64,000 bases of DNA from an uncultured Planctomycetota bacterium (GTDB taxonomy: Bacteria; Planctomycetota; Planctomycetia; Isosphaerales; Isosphaeraceae): NCBI GenBank assembly GCA_963845755.1, contig CAWJTV010000040.1, forward strand, positions 1 to 64,000. Direction: 5' to 3'. A program made the position numbers and the translations under genes. This document shows positions 33,479-44,940 of the stretch, piece after piece (the first letter of the stretch is position 1; every line of letters starts with the position of its first letter). The notes below the pieces were generated by a model that did not search any database, was not told the origin of the DNA, and saw only the letters and a program-made list of their open reading frames with translations.

Positions 33479-34171
33479 GGAATCAACTCGGTGCCGCCAT
33501 TGTCGCCGGCCACTCCTCCTAGACCCCCAATGGACACTGAGTTCCGAGCCGGAATACACCCGCGACGCGGTCAGCGGATCCGCGGCCAGGGTCTCAAGGG
33601 CTTGGTGTCGGCGATGCCGCTTTCCGGCCCGGCGGTACCGCTCCCGAGTATCCGGCCGTCCCCGAGGTGGGTGCCAAACTCGGATGGCTAGCAGGAACAC
33701 ACGGCAGAAGCGATGCCGGTTTGATCCCCAGGACACGTTCGACTTCTTCGAGACCGGAGCGTCGAATCCGCGAAGGTTCCCAATCTCCTACCGGCTTGAC
33801 TGTCAGAAGTCGGCCTTCTCGCGTGAGGATTCCATCAGCCGTCAACTGGCGGATCGTGGCTTGATGTCGCTCCGAGCCCCAAAGGTTTGCCGCTATCGCT
33901 CTTGGCGATTCTGCCCAGCCGGTCACCAGTAGGATGACCGACATCTCGGCTTCACTGAAGTCGCCCGCCAGGATCGCCGCCCGACACGTGGGACATGTCG
34001 CATACTCCCGGCCGTGAATCTCAATATCGCGAAGGCGCGATTCCGTCACCTGACGGATTTGCGGATCCACGACCCGGACGTCCTCGACCTGCCCGGCGTG
34101 GTCCCATCGGGCTGTTCGACATCGGCCCCAAACTCGGGATGCCCGACCTCGGCGTCGCGGCGTGCGGGAAC

Positions 34172-35990
34172 CTAAAGGTCGGGACCTCCCATCAGCGCGG
34201 CACGACGCGCCTCCCGGATGATCCGCTTCGCCTCGGCCGCGACCCCTTCGATCGGCGGCCCCTCTGACTTCGGCATGTCGGCCGCGGTCCAGTAGTGCAT
34301 CGGCCGTGTCTGTGACGGCGGAGGCCCCGACCCGATCGGCCTCGGAGCCTTGGCGAGTTGCTCCCCGATCCAATCCGGGATCCCCTCCTCCGCGAACCCC
34401 CGAGCGACCTGGATCAAGAACCCGATGGGCTTCCTGGGGCGGAAGTCGTCGTCCTCGCACTTCGCGATGGCGGCGAGGAGGCAGTCGGCCCTCCCCCTGA
34501 CGTGACCGAGGATCTCTTCGGCCTCCCGTCTCATCTTCTTCCCGACGTCTTCGCCGAAGACGATCCCGGCCCGATCGATCGCCGACTGCATCGAGGGGGG
34601 GACCGAGGGGGGGAGATTTTCTCTTTACTGGGAGATTCTTCTTTGCTGAGTATTCTCCCATAAGAGGGGGAGTGTGAGGGGGAGATCGCAGCCGTAGCTT
34701 CCACCCGAGGAGAGAGTGGCAACGGCGCTCCCCGCCGCATCGGACTCGGAGTTCCGACCGAGACGGCTTCGATCGCCGTCATCCGGTGTGGATCCCGGGG
34801 TTGCTGCTCGGAACGCGGCTGACCACCTCGGAGCGACGGCTTCTTAGCATTGCGGCTAGCGATTCGCCGCGCCAGTTCCCCCTGGCTGTCGTGGACGGTC
34901 CGTCGACGAGCCGGGCGACGTTCCATCTCGGATTCGTCGATAAGCGGGGCGCCTCGCCTGGGCGATGGAAGCGCCTCGGATTCGGCCGCGACAAGTCTTT
35001 CGATAACGCTACGATCGTCATTGACCAGACGACCAGGCGCCCATCCCGAAGGATCGGTAAGGTGCCAACGTTCAGCGGGATCTTGCATGACGAGCCCATC
35101 GCTTTGGAGCCGACCAACCGCGAGGACCAAGCTGTGAGGGTCAAAGGTCGGCAGGAGGGCGCGGATTTCCCGTGAGTCTCGGGGACCGCTGGTGAGCAGG
35201 AGGACCACGGCTTTCATGTAGCGATCTAGCTTGGCGTAGGCAATGGCTGCACCGACGGAGAGTTCGACCACCTCGAGATCCTCATCATCGAAAACCGCCT
35301 CGGACGCGTCCAGGGCCGTTCCCGCGGCCGAGTCGGCATGTTTCTCGTCCGCGCCGTCCTGGGCGTCCATGTTGCGATCCTTGGACGTTTTCTGAACCTC
35401 GGAATCATGAAGACCAACCATCGCCCCGTTCTCGGTCTCATTGAGCGATCGGCTTTCGCCATCCCCTCGCGCGGGATCTTGGAAAGAACATCGATCGATG
35501 GAGGATGAGTTAATCTTCTTTTCTTCATCTTCTTTGGGGGGCAAGAGAGCCCCCTGTGCACGTATCGTTTTTACCCCCTCTGCATGCTCGTCGCAGGGGT
35601 ATTCTCGCCCCTCCTCCACTGGGTGCAGAGGGGGTGTTTTTGTCCCCTCTCCACCCTGGGCCATCCACGGGAAACTCGCAACGCCACCCCGTGCGATTTT
35701 CCGGTCTGTCGGGATCGGGTTTCGGCACTCGGTGGCGTTCGACCAGACCGCATTTGTCGAGCCGCTTGGCCACAGCCTTCATCTGGTCGGGGTGGCGGCC
35801 GATCATCTCGGCGATGGTCTCGTTACTCGCCCAACACCAGTCGTCGCCGGCGCGGTGGTACCGGAGTAGTGCAGACAGCGCGGCGTAATCGAGGGGTGTG
35901 ATGTGGCGATCTCGCATGTAGTCGAGTGCGATTTGGGGTGGTCGGTCAAATTGATAGCCAACCTCGTTCCCCCTGGATTTCGGCGCGTAT
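34172..35990 (-). CDS. Phage replication-initiator-like HTH protein, frameshifted; start approximate
   Basis: ITPLDYAALSALL...CWASNETIAEMIG...RLDKCGLV (HTH_36-like), continuing across overlapping ORFs. Confidence 0.6.
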
Positions 35991-36100
35991 TGGCCTTGAC
36001 CACGGACATCCCCTGTGATACCATTGTTCACGAGTTCAAGCCTTTCTCCTCTTGTTTTTCGGCACGACAATGCCGATCGAAAACACACCGAAGAACCACG

Positions 36101-36136
36101 AAGACCTCCTCTGGTGCCACCCGGTGGAGGTCTTTT
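36101..36136. terminator. Intrinsic terminator-like hairpin
   Basis: AAGACCTCC...GGAGGTCTT followed by TT. Confidence 0.5.
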
Positions 36137-36461
36137 AGTTTCGTCACCACTGAATCGAAGACGATGCCTGCGAACCACGAGCGCCATGTTGACTAGGGCT
36201 GGGTCGATTCGGCCGGTTTCCCGGCGGGACTACACCGCGGCTTTCGCACCACTCCCGGCCTGGCGGTCCGAGGTGGGCGATCGCCCTGTCCAGGTCACTG
36301 AGCCGTTCGACGTGGCGGACGAGCCATTCCACGGAGATGGTCGCCCGCTCGCCATGCTCTGATGACATCGCCGCCCACGCCGCAGCCCGCGCCTCCTCGA
36401 TCACCTCGCCCACGGCGCGGCGGATATCCGGCAACCGGATGCCCGAGAGGTTGTTCACCGC

Positions 36462-36662
36462 TCAAGCCTCCATCCCGACAGTCTGGGCCCTGCGCCGGGT
36501 CGATTGCTCGACGATCTCCTTCAACTCGGCAACGTTGACTTGAGGTCGACCGCCAGGAAGCTGGCGAACCGACACCAGACCCTGCTTGATCAACCGCGAC
36601 AACATCGCCGCGGAGATCCCGCATTCGTTGCGAGCCTTCCGGGGACTCATCCATACATTCAT
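36462..36662 (-). CDS. Small HTH DNA-binding protein (Cro/Xis-like)
   Basis: MSPRKARNECGISAAMLSRLIKQGLV; GGAGG RBS; TTGACA upstream. Confidence 0.6.
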   Translation of the reverse strand: MNVWMSPRKARNECGISAAMLSRLIKQGLVSVRQLPGGRPQVNVAELKEIVEQSTRRRAQTVGMEA

Positions 36663-36986
36663 CGGGACGATCCTCCACTAAAGTTCCAGTCATCTCGATG
36701 CGTTGAAAGCGAAAGTACACCTATCATCGTCCCCAAAAGATTCATCCGTGTCAAGATGGCGGAATACGTGAAAAATCAACATAGTCTACCCCAAAAATAC
36801 CCTAATCGCCCGAGTTTCGGATTGATGGCGACATCGCGTTAGATACAGCGTGGACGCGGGGGGGCCGGGATCTTCTGGGCGACGCTTTGCCCACGTGATT
36901 TTCTTGAAACTCGCGTTGCGGTGTGATGCGGATATGGGGTGAAATGTGCGGACTGAGGAAACCCAACATCTCAGTACACCACAAAG

Positions 36987-37307
36987 ATGAACGCGAATTC
37001 CTCTACGATGAATGCACTCCTGACCATCCCAGAAGCGGCCACGCGGCTCGGCCTGAGCGCGTACACGGTCCGGGAAATGTGCAACCCGCGCAACCCCAAG
37101 CTCGCCCATTTTCGGGTCGGGCCGCGCCGTGGCCGGATCATGATCGCGGCGGAGGAGTGTGACCGCTATCTTCGGGAGTGCCAGATTGTGCGGGGTCGTC
37201 CGGATGCGGAGTTGGCGAAGAAGCCGAAGCCGGCGGCGCAGCCGTATCGGCCACAGGGGATCTTACCGAGGACGCGGCCTGGGCTAGCTCGGCACGACGC
37301 AAGTTGA
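36987..37307 (+). CDS. Excisionase-like HTH_17 protein
   Basis: LLTIPEAATRLGLSAYTVREM...HFRVG...I; convergent with the integrase. Confidence 0.75.
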   Translation: MNANSSTMNALLTIPEAATRLGLSAYTVREMCNPRNPKLAHFRVGPRRGRIMIAAEECDRYLRECQIVRGRPDAELAKKPKPAAQPYRPQGILPRTRPGLARHDAS

Positions 37308-38262
37308 CGTGGCCGTAATGGGCGTCGACCATGGCCGTGCTCGCATGCCCGGCCAGTTCGGCGACGACGGAATTGGGCAACCTGAGCTTCGCGTCCGTCA
37401 CCCACCCATGCCGCAAGCTCTCCGCGGTGCATTCCGGGCCCAGGCCAAGGCGGCTACGGACCCGTTGCATCGCCTGGGCCAGTGCATTCCGCGTCCAGGG
37501 CCGGCCCCGCGTATTCCGGAAGATCGGGCCATCCGGGTTCGCCGAGGCCAACCTGGCGACGATCTCGGCCACCACGGGGGTCAGATAGATGACCCGCGGC
37601 TTCCGGGTCTTGCGCGTGGTCTTGCCGGCCATGACGATGGTGTCGCCGACCACGTGTACGGCCTCGATTCTGGCCACTTCCGACGGCCTGCATCCCGTCT
37701 CGTACATGGTCGCCAAGTAGTCTCGAAGCGGGCCGTCGATAGAGCCGAGGACGCGGCGCTGGTCCTCTGGGCCCAGGATCGCCTCGCGACGGCGAATCCC
37801 CGGCTTGTCGAGCGCGGCGAGCGGGTCGGACTCGAGATAACCCTGGCGATGCCCCCAACGAAAGGCCCGCTTGACCGCCGTAATCGCCCCGTGGCGCGTC
37901 GATTGTCCCCATCCTTGGCCATCGACCCATTCGGAGACGTGGAACGGCCTGATGGTGTTGGCGATGGTCTCGTAGCCCGCCCAGTTGACGAACGCCTGGA
38001 GATGACGTTGATACCACTCGGCCGTGAGCGCCGAGCGATGGTCCCGGGTCCACGTCCACAGCCGGTCGCACAGCTCTCCCACCGAGATCGACCTGGTGGG
38101 AGTCGCTTGCCCCTTGGCCTTGGCCGCCAGGAGCGCATGGAGGGCCCGGGTAGCCTCAGCCCGGTTCCGCTTCCCCTTGGCGAGGGTATGGAGCTGCCCG
38201 TCGATCTTGGTGACCCAGGCATCGCGGTCTTCGCGATACCGGACCTTGTTGGGACGGCCCAT
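37138..38262 (-). CDS. Tyrosine recombinase/integrase
   Basis: ETGCRPSE (R), SLRH, LAGH...HY catalytic motifs; adjacent to tRNA-Phe. Confidence 0.93.
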   Translation of the reverse strand: MGRPNKVRYREDRDAWVTKIDGQLHTLAKGKRNRAEATRALHALLAAKAKGQATPTRSISVGELCDRLWTWTRDHRSALTAEWYQRHLQAFVNWAGYETIANTIRPFHVSEWVDGQGWGQSTRHGAITAVKRAFRWGHRQGYLESDPLAALDKPGIRRREAILGPEDQRRVLGSIDGPLRDYLATMYETGCRPSEVARIEAVHVVGDTIVMAGKTTRKTRKPRVIYLTPVVAEIVARLASANPDGPIFRNTRGRPWTRNALAQAMQRVRSRLGLGPECTAESLRHGWVTDAKLRLPNSVVAELAGHASTAMVDAHYGHVNLRRAELAQAASSVRSPVADTAAPPASASSPTPHPDDPAQSGTPEDSGHTPPPRS

Positions 38263-38367
38263 TCGACGACTCCTGCGGGCCAGATGCCCATCGAATTAGG
38301 CGACCATAAGGCGACCGGAGGCTCTCTGGGCTTTTCCTAAGTCTTTGGCGGGATTACGTTTAGGAGA

Positions 38368-38419
38368 TGGGCAATGCCGGATTTTCAGTCCTGTGCTCTA
38401 CCAACTGAGCTATCTGCCC
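38368..38419 (-). pseudogene. tRNA-Phe(GAA) lacking variable loop and T arm
   Basis: GGGCAGATAGCTCAGTTGGTAGAGCACAGGACTGAAAATCC followed directly by GGCATTGCCCA. Confidence 0.8.
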
Positions 38420-38441
38420 GCGGCATGCATGTACGAATGTC

Positions 38442-38470
38442 AGGATAACGTGGCGAAGTCGGGTTGTCAA
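38442..38470 (-). promoter_or_regulatory. sigma70 promoter of tRNA-Phe
   Basis: TTGACA-17 bp-TATCCT on the minus strand. Confidence 0.65.
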
Positions 38471-38654
38471 CCAGGTCTTGGCCAGGGCGCAGGGCGTCTG
38501 ATGGAGATCGATCGGTCGGTCGGGCAGGCGGAGGGAATCGAGACGTCCCGCCGTCTCTGAAGTTCTCATCGGAGGTCGCGGCGTCTTAAAGTGGTCCGGG
38601 AGGGTCTTACGATCTGATAATGCGATGCCACCGTCCTTGTTCTCGAGCCGGATC

Positions 38655-39717
38655 ATGTCCGCGGTTTCCTCGATGCCCGAGATTTACGACAGGGCCACCT
38701 GGGAACAGGAGGGGCGTCCTGCTGTGTTAAGCCTGCCGCTGGTCCGCCTGCTGCAACTGGTGATGATCCTCCAGAACGGGCGATTCCCCAATGCGCGGCG
38801 ACTGGCAGAGGTCTGTGCGGTCAGTCGTCGCACGATCTACCGCGACCTGGCAACCCTGGAGGCCGCCGGCATCCCGGTCGTCTACCGCGCCGATCGGCAG
38901 GGGTACCAACTGGCCGGCCCGGGCTTCCTCCAACCCGCCCCATTGAACGATCAGGAGGCCCTCTCTCTGCTTCTGTTGAGTCGTTGGTGCCACTTCGATC
39001 ATCCATTCGCCTCGCTGAAGCCGATCCAGAACGGGGTTGACAAGGTGATTCAGGCTCTGCCGGAAGGGTTGCGCGAGCGGATCACGCTCGGCGGCGAGTT
39101 GATCACCAGCGGGAGTGATCCGTCATCCCTGGATCGAACCCCGGAGCGAAGACCGGTCTACGATGCCATCTGGCAGGCCCTGACCCGGCGCCGACAGATG
39201 CGGCTGTGGTATCGCGAAGACGCCGCCGATTCCCTGCTCACGACCAAGGTCGGCCTCTACCAGATCACCCACCTCGATTCCTGCTGGTCCATCGTGGGGC
39301 GGTTGACGCTCCATCGGGAGGTTCGTCTCTTCCGAATCCCCTGGATACATCGGGTGGAAGTGACCGATGAGCCTTACGCGATCCCACCGCGATTTCGTCT
39401 GGATCGCTGGTTATCCCGGCCGAGCGGCGAACGCCCCTGCGAGACCCCGCGCGATGTCCAACTGCGGTTCAACGCGCGGATTGCCCCGGTCGTCCAGGAT
39501 CGCCATGGCCGGACCGGGCAGAAACTCTGCCCGCGCCTCGAGCGGTGAGGTCGACCTCTTCCTGACCGTCCCGCTGCGAGAGGAGTTCGTCCTCTGGATC
39601 CTCGGGTTCGGCGAGCAGGTCGAGGTCCTCAAACCCGCGGAGCTCGAGAGAAGCCGTGAAACTCAGGGCCGAACGGATCGCGCGAATCCATGCGGATCCT
39701 CTCGGCTGATCGGGTGA
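38655..39717 (+). CDS. HTH-WYL-WCX transcriptional regulator (PafB/C-like), frameshifted near the 3' end
   Basis: LAEVCAVSRRTIYRDLATL, WSIVG...RLFRIPWI, WILGFGEQVEVLKPAEL. Confidence 0.88.
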
Positions 39718-40020
39718 CCTGGCACCGAACCCACCAGTCCAATCTCCCGCGACGAACCCACCCGCAATGGGTCGTTGGAATGCTCCAACGGATGGTTGAC
39801 TCGGAAGAAAGAAGCCCAACGGCGCAAATACCCGTTAGTCTGTGGACCGACGTTGTCTGACAGAAGGTAGACCTTATGGCGGTACTCGTGAATCGACCTC
39901 GACCGCCGGTCATATTGTTGACAGAAGGTCAATGCCATGATGACATCTGCCAGGCTGAGCACCCAGGCCCGCAGGTTCTCTGTGTTCTCGACCCGGTGTC
40001 GCGGCCGTCCCATCGCCGAT

Positions 40021-40728
40021 TCAGGGCTTGACCGCAATCTTGTATAGCGCCCAGCCCTCGGCGGTCGGTCGGAACTCATAGAGACCCGCCGTGATCCGAT
40101 ACCGGCGCGTGGCCGACCGATCCGCCATCGTCGTAGGTGATGGTCGCGTCGGGGGCCACGGCCAGGTCCTGGCGCGAGCCGGCGGGGGCCTGATGGGTGA
40201 TGCCATCGATGGCGAAAGTGACGCCGGCCCCCGCCGGCTCCACATTGACGATCGTGATCGAGACCGTCGGGGCGGCTGCCATCGGGCCCGGGGTCCGGGC
40301 ATACGACTGGGGGTTGGGAACTTGCGTCGGGCTGGCGGCCTGAGCGATAGCGGCGCGCGACACGTCATCGGTCCGGATCGGGTAGAAGCAGGGATATTCG
40401 CGCGAGTTCCACCGGATCAACCATTCGTCGATCACGATGCGATACTTGACGTTGTCGATCCGACGGACGTCGCAGTCCACGGCGGCTATGTCGCCCCGCT
40501 CGGCATCGCGCCTGAGCTTCGCCTGAAGACACTGGAGGCGGTGCTCGGCCAGCGCCTGGTTCACCATGTCATAGTGAACCCCGGTGACCAGGGTGTTCAA
40601 CAAGCATCCGGATTCTCGGGGCGGGCCCGGGTCAACGCCGACTTGCGCGTCGGCGGGCCTTGACGAGAGCAGGACGACCACAACGGCCGCCCCAGCGATC
40701 GAGCCTCGGCATTGAAGCCTGGACATGC
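40021..40728 (-). CDS. Secreted hypothetical protein, frameshifted
   Basis: Signal peptide; C-terminus RYRITAGLYEFRPTAEGWALYK lies in a second frame. Confidence 0.55.
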
Positions 40729-41184
40729 ATCCCTCCGCCATCGAGTCCCTTCGAGATCTCCGACAGGAGTCTACCACACGAATTGGGTGGCATCCCGGAC
40801 GATACCGATTTCGGCTGGACCGGCGACCGGCCCGGGATTATCGTCCATGCCCATGACGGGATTTCTGCTTACAACGAATCGAGGCAACAGGATTTGAACC
40901 CCGCGTGGCCCTCTACCTGCTGCCCTATCCCGCTTCGGTCGGATCGACCGAAGTCATTCTCCCCGATTGACCCAGGTCTCTTTCAAGCGCCATTTTGCTC
41001 TGGCAACGCCTTATGCCCATGTGCCCGTACGTTATTCTGGACCGAGCAATTTCAAGAGCCATGTTTCGCACGGGACATCGGCTCATCCACCAGCGCGGCC
41101 CAGACCTCGTTCGATGCCAATCCACGAGCGGGAACTCGAAGACGACGAGGAAAACCCAGGCTGAACCATACCGGAAACCCACCC

Positions 41185-41601
41185 ATGCGACTCCCCCGGA
41201 TGACGACGCGGCGGTGGATGGTCGTGGTGCTGGTTGTGGGGCTGACATCGGGCGCTGTCGTCGTCGGTATCCGGCTCAAGCGACGACAGAGCGAGTTGCT
41301 GGCAAGTGCCGAGTTTCACGCCGAGCTTGAGTCGTTGTGCAGGCTCCAGGAGGCCAACGCCAGAGCTTTCTTCGAGGAACAAACCGTATTCATCAGCGAA
41401 TTGGAGAAGGAGCCCCGCGGCGGATTCTTTGGCGAATCGCTCTTGAAGAAAGCAAAAGCGCTGGAAGCAGAGATGCGAAAAACCTCGGCGAACCTGCCAC
41501 AGCAGATCGCCTACCACGCGGAACTGACCCACAAGTACCGGCACGCCGCCCGCTATCCCTGGCTCTCGGTCGAGCCGGATCCGCCGGAGCCGAGAAGATG
41601 A
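41185..41601 (+). CDS. Planctomycete-type small membrane protein
   Basis: MRLPRMTTRRWMVVV...KYRHAARYPWLSVEPDPPEP. Confidence 0.7.
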   Translation: MRLPRMTTRRWMVVVLVVGLTSGAVVVGIRLKRRQSELLASAEFHAELESLCRLQEANARAFFEEQTVFISELEKEPRGGFFGESLLKKAKALEAEMRKTSANLPQQIAYHAELTHKYRHAARYPWLSVEPDPPEPRR

Positions 41602-41988
41602 AAGACGATCGACCGCCACCGCGATTCCGGATTAGGCTCATGACGATCCTGCTCGTCGTCGCGATCCTGGCGTTGCTCCTGGAGGTGGCGATCCAGCAGT
41701 GCAGATCCGGCGGCTGAGGCGCTCGATCGATGCATACGCGAAACAACAGGACCAAATGGCCACGATCATACGCGAACTGCGAGACGCGATCGAGCGGCAC
41801 AGGTAGCGAGGCCCATTCAGGCCCATGGATGGGATCGGGGCGGACGGAGGGCGACGACGGACTGGCGAGCGGGGTTCGGGACGCGTGGAATGGGACAGGG
41901 TCTTGCCATCGCCGAATTAATCCGTAGGATCGGAAGGACTGCCCCTTTGGGAAGTCGCGGATCGCTGAGAATCGAGCACGAAGGGGCA

Positions 41989-42017
41989 TTGACGGGGTGA
42001 ACAGAAAGCGATAAACT
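41989..42017 (+). promoter_or_regulatory. sigma70 promoter of tRNA-Ile
   Basis: TTGACG-17 bp-TAAACT. Confidence 0.7.
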
Positions 42018-42055
42018 CAAGCCTGGCATCAGGTTTGGGCTGAATTGGTCTCGCA

Positions 42056-42129
42056 GGGCGCATAGCTCAGGTGGCTAGAGCGCACCCCTGATAAGGGTGA
42101 GGTCCGAGGTTCGAATCCTCGTGCGCCCA
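42056..42129 (+). tRNA. tRNA-Ile(GAT), CCA not encoded
   Basis: Full cloverleaf: GGGCGCA/TGCGCCC acceptor stem, CACCC-CTGATAA-GGGTG anticodon arm, GGTTCGAATCC T arm. Confidence 0.97.
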
Positions 42130-42266
42130 TTATCCCTTGCGGATCAAGGGGTTACGTCCCACGCCGACACGTCATGTGTACCTGCCGAATGGACGGCAGT
42201 GCGGCTCAATCCTTGTGGCCAAACGGGAGGATCCTCCCGTTTTCGGCCTCAAAGGGGTGTCGCACA

Positions 42267-43339
42267 ATGCCGAAACTCGTCAATCGTCCGCCCAAGTATG
42301 CTTACCACGCTGCCTCTGGACGCGCGCGCGTCCGATACCGGGGGCAGGAGATCCTCCTATCCGGTCGGCACGGCTCCCAGGAGAGCCTCGAGGCGTATGC
42401 CCGGTTCGTCGCCAGCATCGCGAACAACCAGGCTCCTGTGGCGATCCCAGAACCCTCCCCGGCCATCCTCTCGATCGCGGAGCTGTGTGAGCGGTTCTGG
42501 CTTCATGCCCAGGTCTACTATCGCCGTCCTGATGGCACTCCGACCGGAGAAGCCGACGTCTGCAAGGCCGCACTCCGGCCCGTACTGCACCTGTTCGGCC
42601 GTAACCTCGTCTCCGAGTTCTCGCCCCAGAGTTTGAAGCTCGTCAGGCAGGAGATGATCCGCCTCGACTGGTGCCGGAATCACGTCAACGCGGCGATCCG
42701 CCGGGTTCGTCGTTGCTTCCGGTGGGGCGTCGAGGAGGGGCTGGTACCTCACGGCGTCTCAGGCGCCATCGCGGCCGTGTCGGCGCTCAAGAAGGGCCGT
42801 ACCGAGTGCCGGGAGAAGGCTTTGTCCGGCCCGGTCGCAGAAGAACACATCACGGCCGTCATGCCCCACGTCTCGAAGCTCGTCGGCGGCCTGGTCCAGG
42901 TCATGCGACTTTCAGGCATGCGGCCCGGCGAGGCGATGGCGATGACTGTCGAGGAGATCGACCGCTCCGATCCAGCATGTTGGCTCTACCGGCCCGGCCA
43001 GCACAAGACCAGCCATCGCGGCAAGTCGAGGGTCATCTACCTCGGACCGAGGTGCCAAGAGATTCTGGCGCCCGGATCCTGAAGGCCGCAAAGTGCGTCC
43101 GCGTGTTCCCAATGACGAAGGGGGGCCTCAAGTGCGGGATCGATAGGGGGTGTGACGGGGCCGGAGTCCCGCGGTTCGCGCCGAACCAACTGCGGCATTC
43201 CCACGCGACCGCGGTCCGGAAGCAATTCGGCGTCGAGGCCAGCCAGGTAATGCTTGGCCATTCTCACATCAACACGACTGAAATCTACGCCGAAGTGAAC
43301 GCGGATCGCGGGCGGGAGGTGGCCAGGGCGGTCTGGTGA
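42267..43339 (+). CDS. Tyrosine integrase, frameshifted
   Basis: SGMRPGE, HKT, NQLRH, MLGH...TEIYA. Confidence 0.92.
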
Positions 43340-43549
43340 TGCGACCCGGCTCAAGCCGAGGAAACAATCACTCCAGGCAGTTTGCCGCCTAAGCCCATCG
43401 ATCCGGACTACTGGATCGCCTCTAAGCCTCGGCCTCAGTGTGGTAATATCGATGCGATCCCTGGCTGATCACCAGGGTAGCCGGCCGGATCTGCCTCGCG
43501 ATCCTAACCCCGCGGGCGATCCGGTCCGGCATTTTTCGGGGGTCAGGAA

Positions 43550-44615
43550 ATGCCTGCTTCGCCATTACCTCGTGACCACGAGATGCTTCGGAGTATTGCT
43601 GAGGATGTCTCCTTGGTCGCAACTGCGATTCAAAGCAAGCGCGAAGCGGTCTGGAAGATGCGGCGATTCGAGGATCGTCATCCGGAATGTAGGGAGAGTT
43701 ACGCTTCTCTATGGGGAAAAATCGAACAGGAGATCAAACTCCAACCGAGTCGCGGTCCGGCTCTTCTAAGGGAAGCGGGTGAATATGTAAAATGTTTCCA
43801 AAGCCTCGAAGAAGACCCTTTTGGGCCACCGCCATCGTCTTGGATACGGATACGGCCATACCTCGATCTGCCCAATGACGCCGAGGGCAAAAGAGAGCAA
43901 ATAAGATCCTCGGGGGGCTCTCTCTAATTTCCTTGCAGGCTGTATTCGGGCTGTTCTTGATCTCCAGAGAGCAGTGTTGGAAAGACTGGCCGAATCACCT
44001 TCCGGCGGAACGGATCAGGGACAAGCGAACGGGCCAAGCAAGCCAGAAAAAAAATCCAAGAGACCGCCTGATCGCCCACGCAAGCCCGACACTCTCGCCA
44101 CCTCGACCGTTACTCCGTCCCATCTCTCAAGTTCTAGCGGCGATCTGGATGCCGACGAGGACACAGACAGTCGAGTTGCGGCAATCCTCCGTGAGAAGCC
44201 GCGCACCAAATCGCCAGTAATCGCCGACATACTCAAACTGTCCGAAAAGACCATCCGGAAAACGGCAGCCTGGCGAGCCAACCGGAAGTTTCTGAATAAA
44301 CAGAAAGCAACAAGGACGGAAGGCGACAGACGACTAACCCGGCGGATGCTAGCCTCGATCCCCTCCGGGTCTGACGACCCCGCCGAAATCATCGCCGAAC
44401 AAGAAGAGAAAGACGACACACTGACCGTCGAGCCCATCGACGTGTTGCGACGTCGATACCTGGAAGGGGCTGACGCTAGCCAGAAAGCTCGGTTTTACCG
44501 AATGAACGAAGTGGACCAAGAATACGAGCTTACTGCTTGGAAAATAACTGGCGATCGCCTGGCGGAGTCAGCGCCACCCACCCTGCCCCCCCGGGGAGCG
44601 TTTGGGAGCGTCTGA
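43550..44615 (+). CDS. Hypothetical protein(s) with an HTH-like segment (two ORFs, possibly one gene)
   Basis: ORFs 43550-43927 and 43974-44615; KSPVIADILKLSEKTIRK. Confidence 0.45.
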
Positions 44616-44694
44616 CGTAGGTGAGGCCGCTATCGAGTACAGCCAATAGGGTATGGCGTACCGAGTAGAGGGCCGCCCATGTCGGGAGTGACCC

Positions 44695-44940
44695 GTGGGG
44701 ACCCATAGAGAGGTTGCCTTGACTCTCGGGGCGATCGCCCGAGAGCTGGGCGAGCCCATCCATCGCGTTGAATACGCAATACGGACCCGAAGCATCAAGC
44801 CTGTGTCCGTGGCAGGCCACATCCGAGTCTTCGGCGACGACGTGATCGAGCGTGTCGCAGGCATCCTGTGTCAGATCGATCAGCAGAAGCTTCACTCCAG
44901 CCGTCGGCCTATGAGTCCGGGGGTGGCGTGTGGCGCTTAA
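44695..44940 (+). CDS. Small HTH (AlpA/Xis-like) protein
   Basis: LTLGAIARELGEPIHRVEYAI...RVF. Confidence 0.6.
   Translation: MGTHREVALTLGAIARELGEPIHRVEYAIRTRSIKPVSVAGHIRVFGDDVIERVAGILCQIDQQKLHSSRRPMSPGVACGA

Larger units (their letters stand above)
7694..38367. mobile_element. Prophage-like / composite genomic island between the two tRNA remnants
   Basis: Tyrosine integrase beside tRNA-Phe, Xis-like HTHs, prohead protease, TerS-like and tail-like genes, many ORFans; internal boundaries uncertain. Confidence 0.7.
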
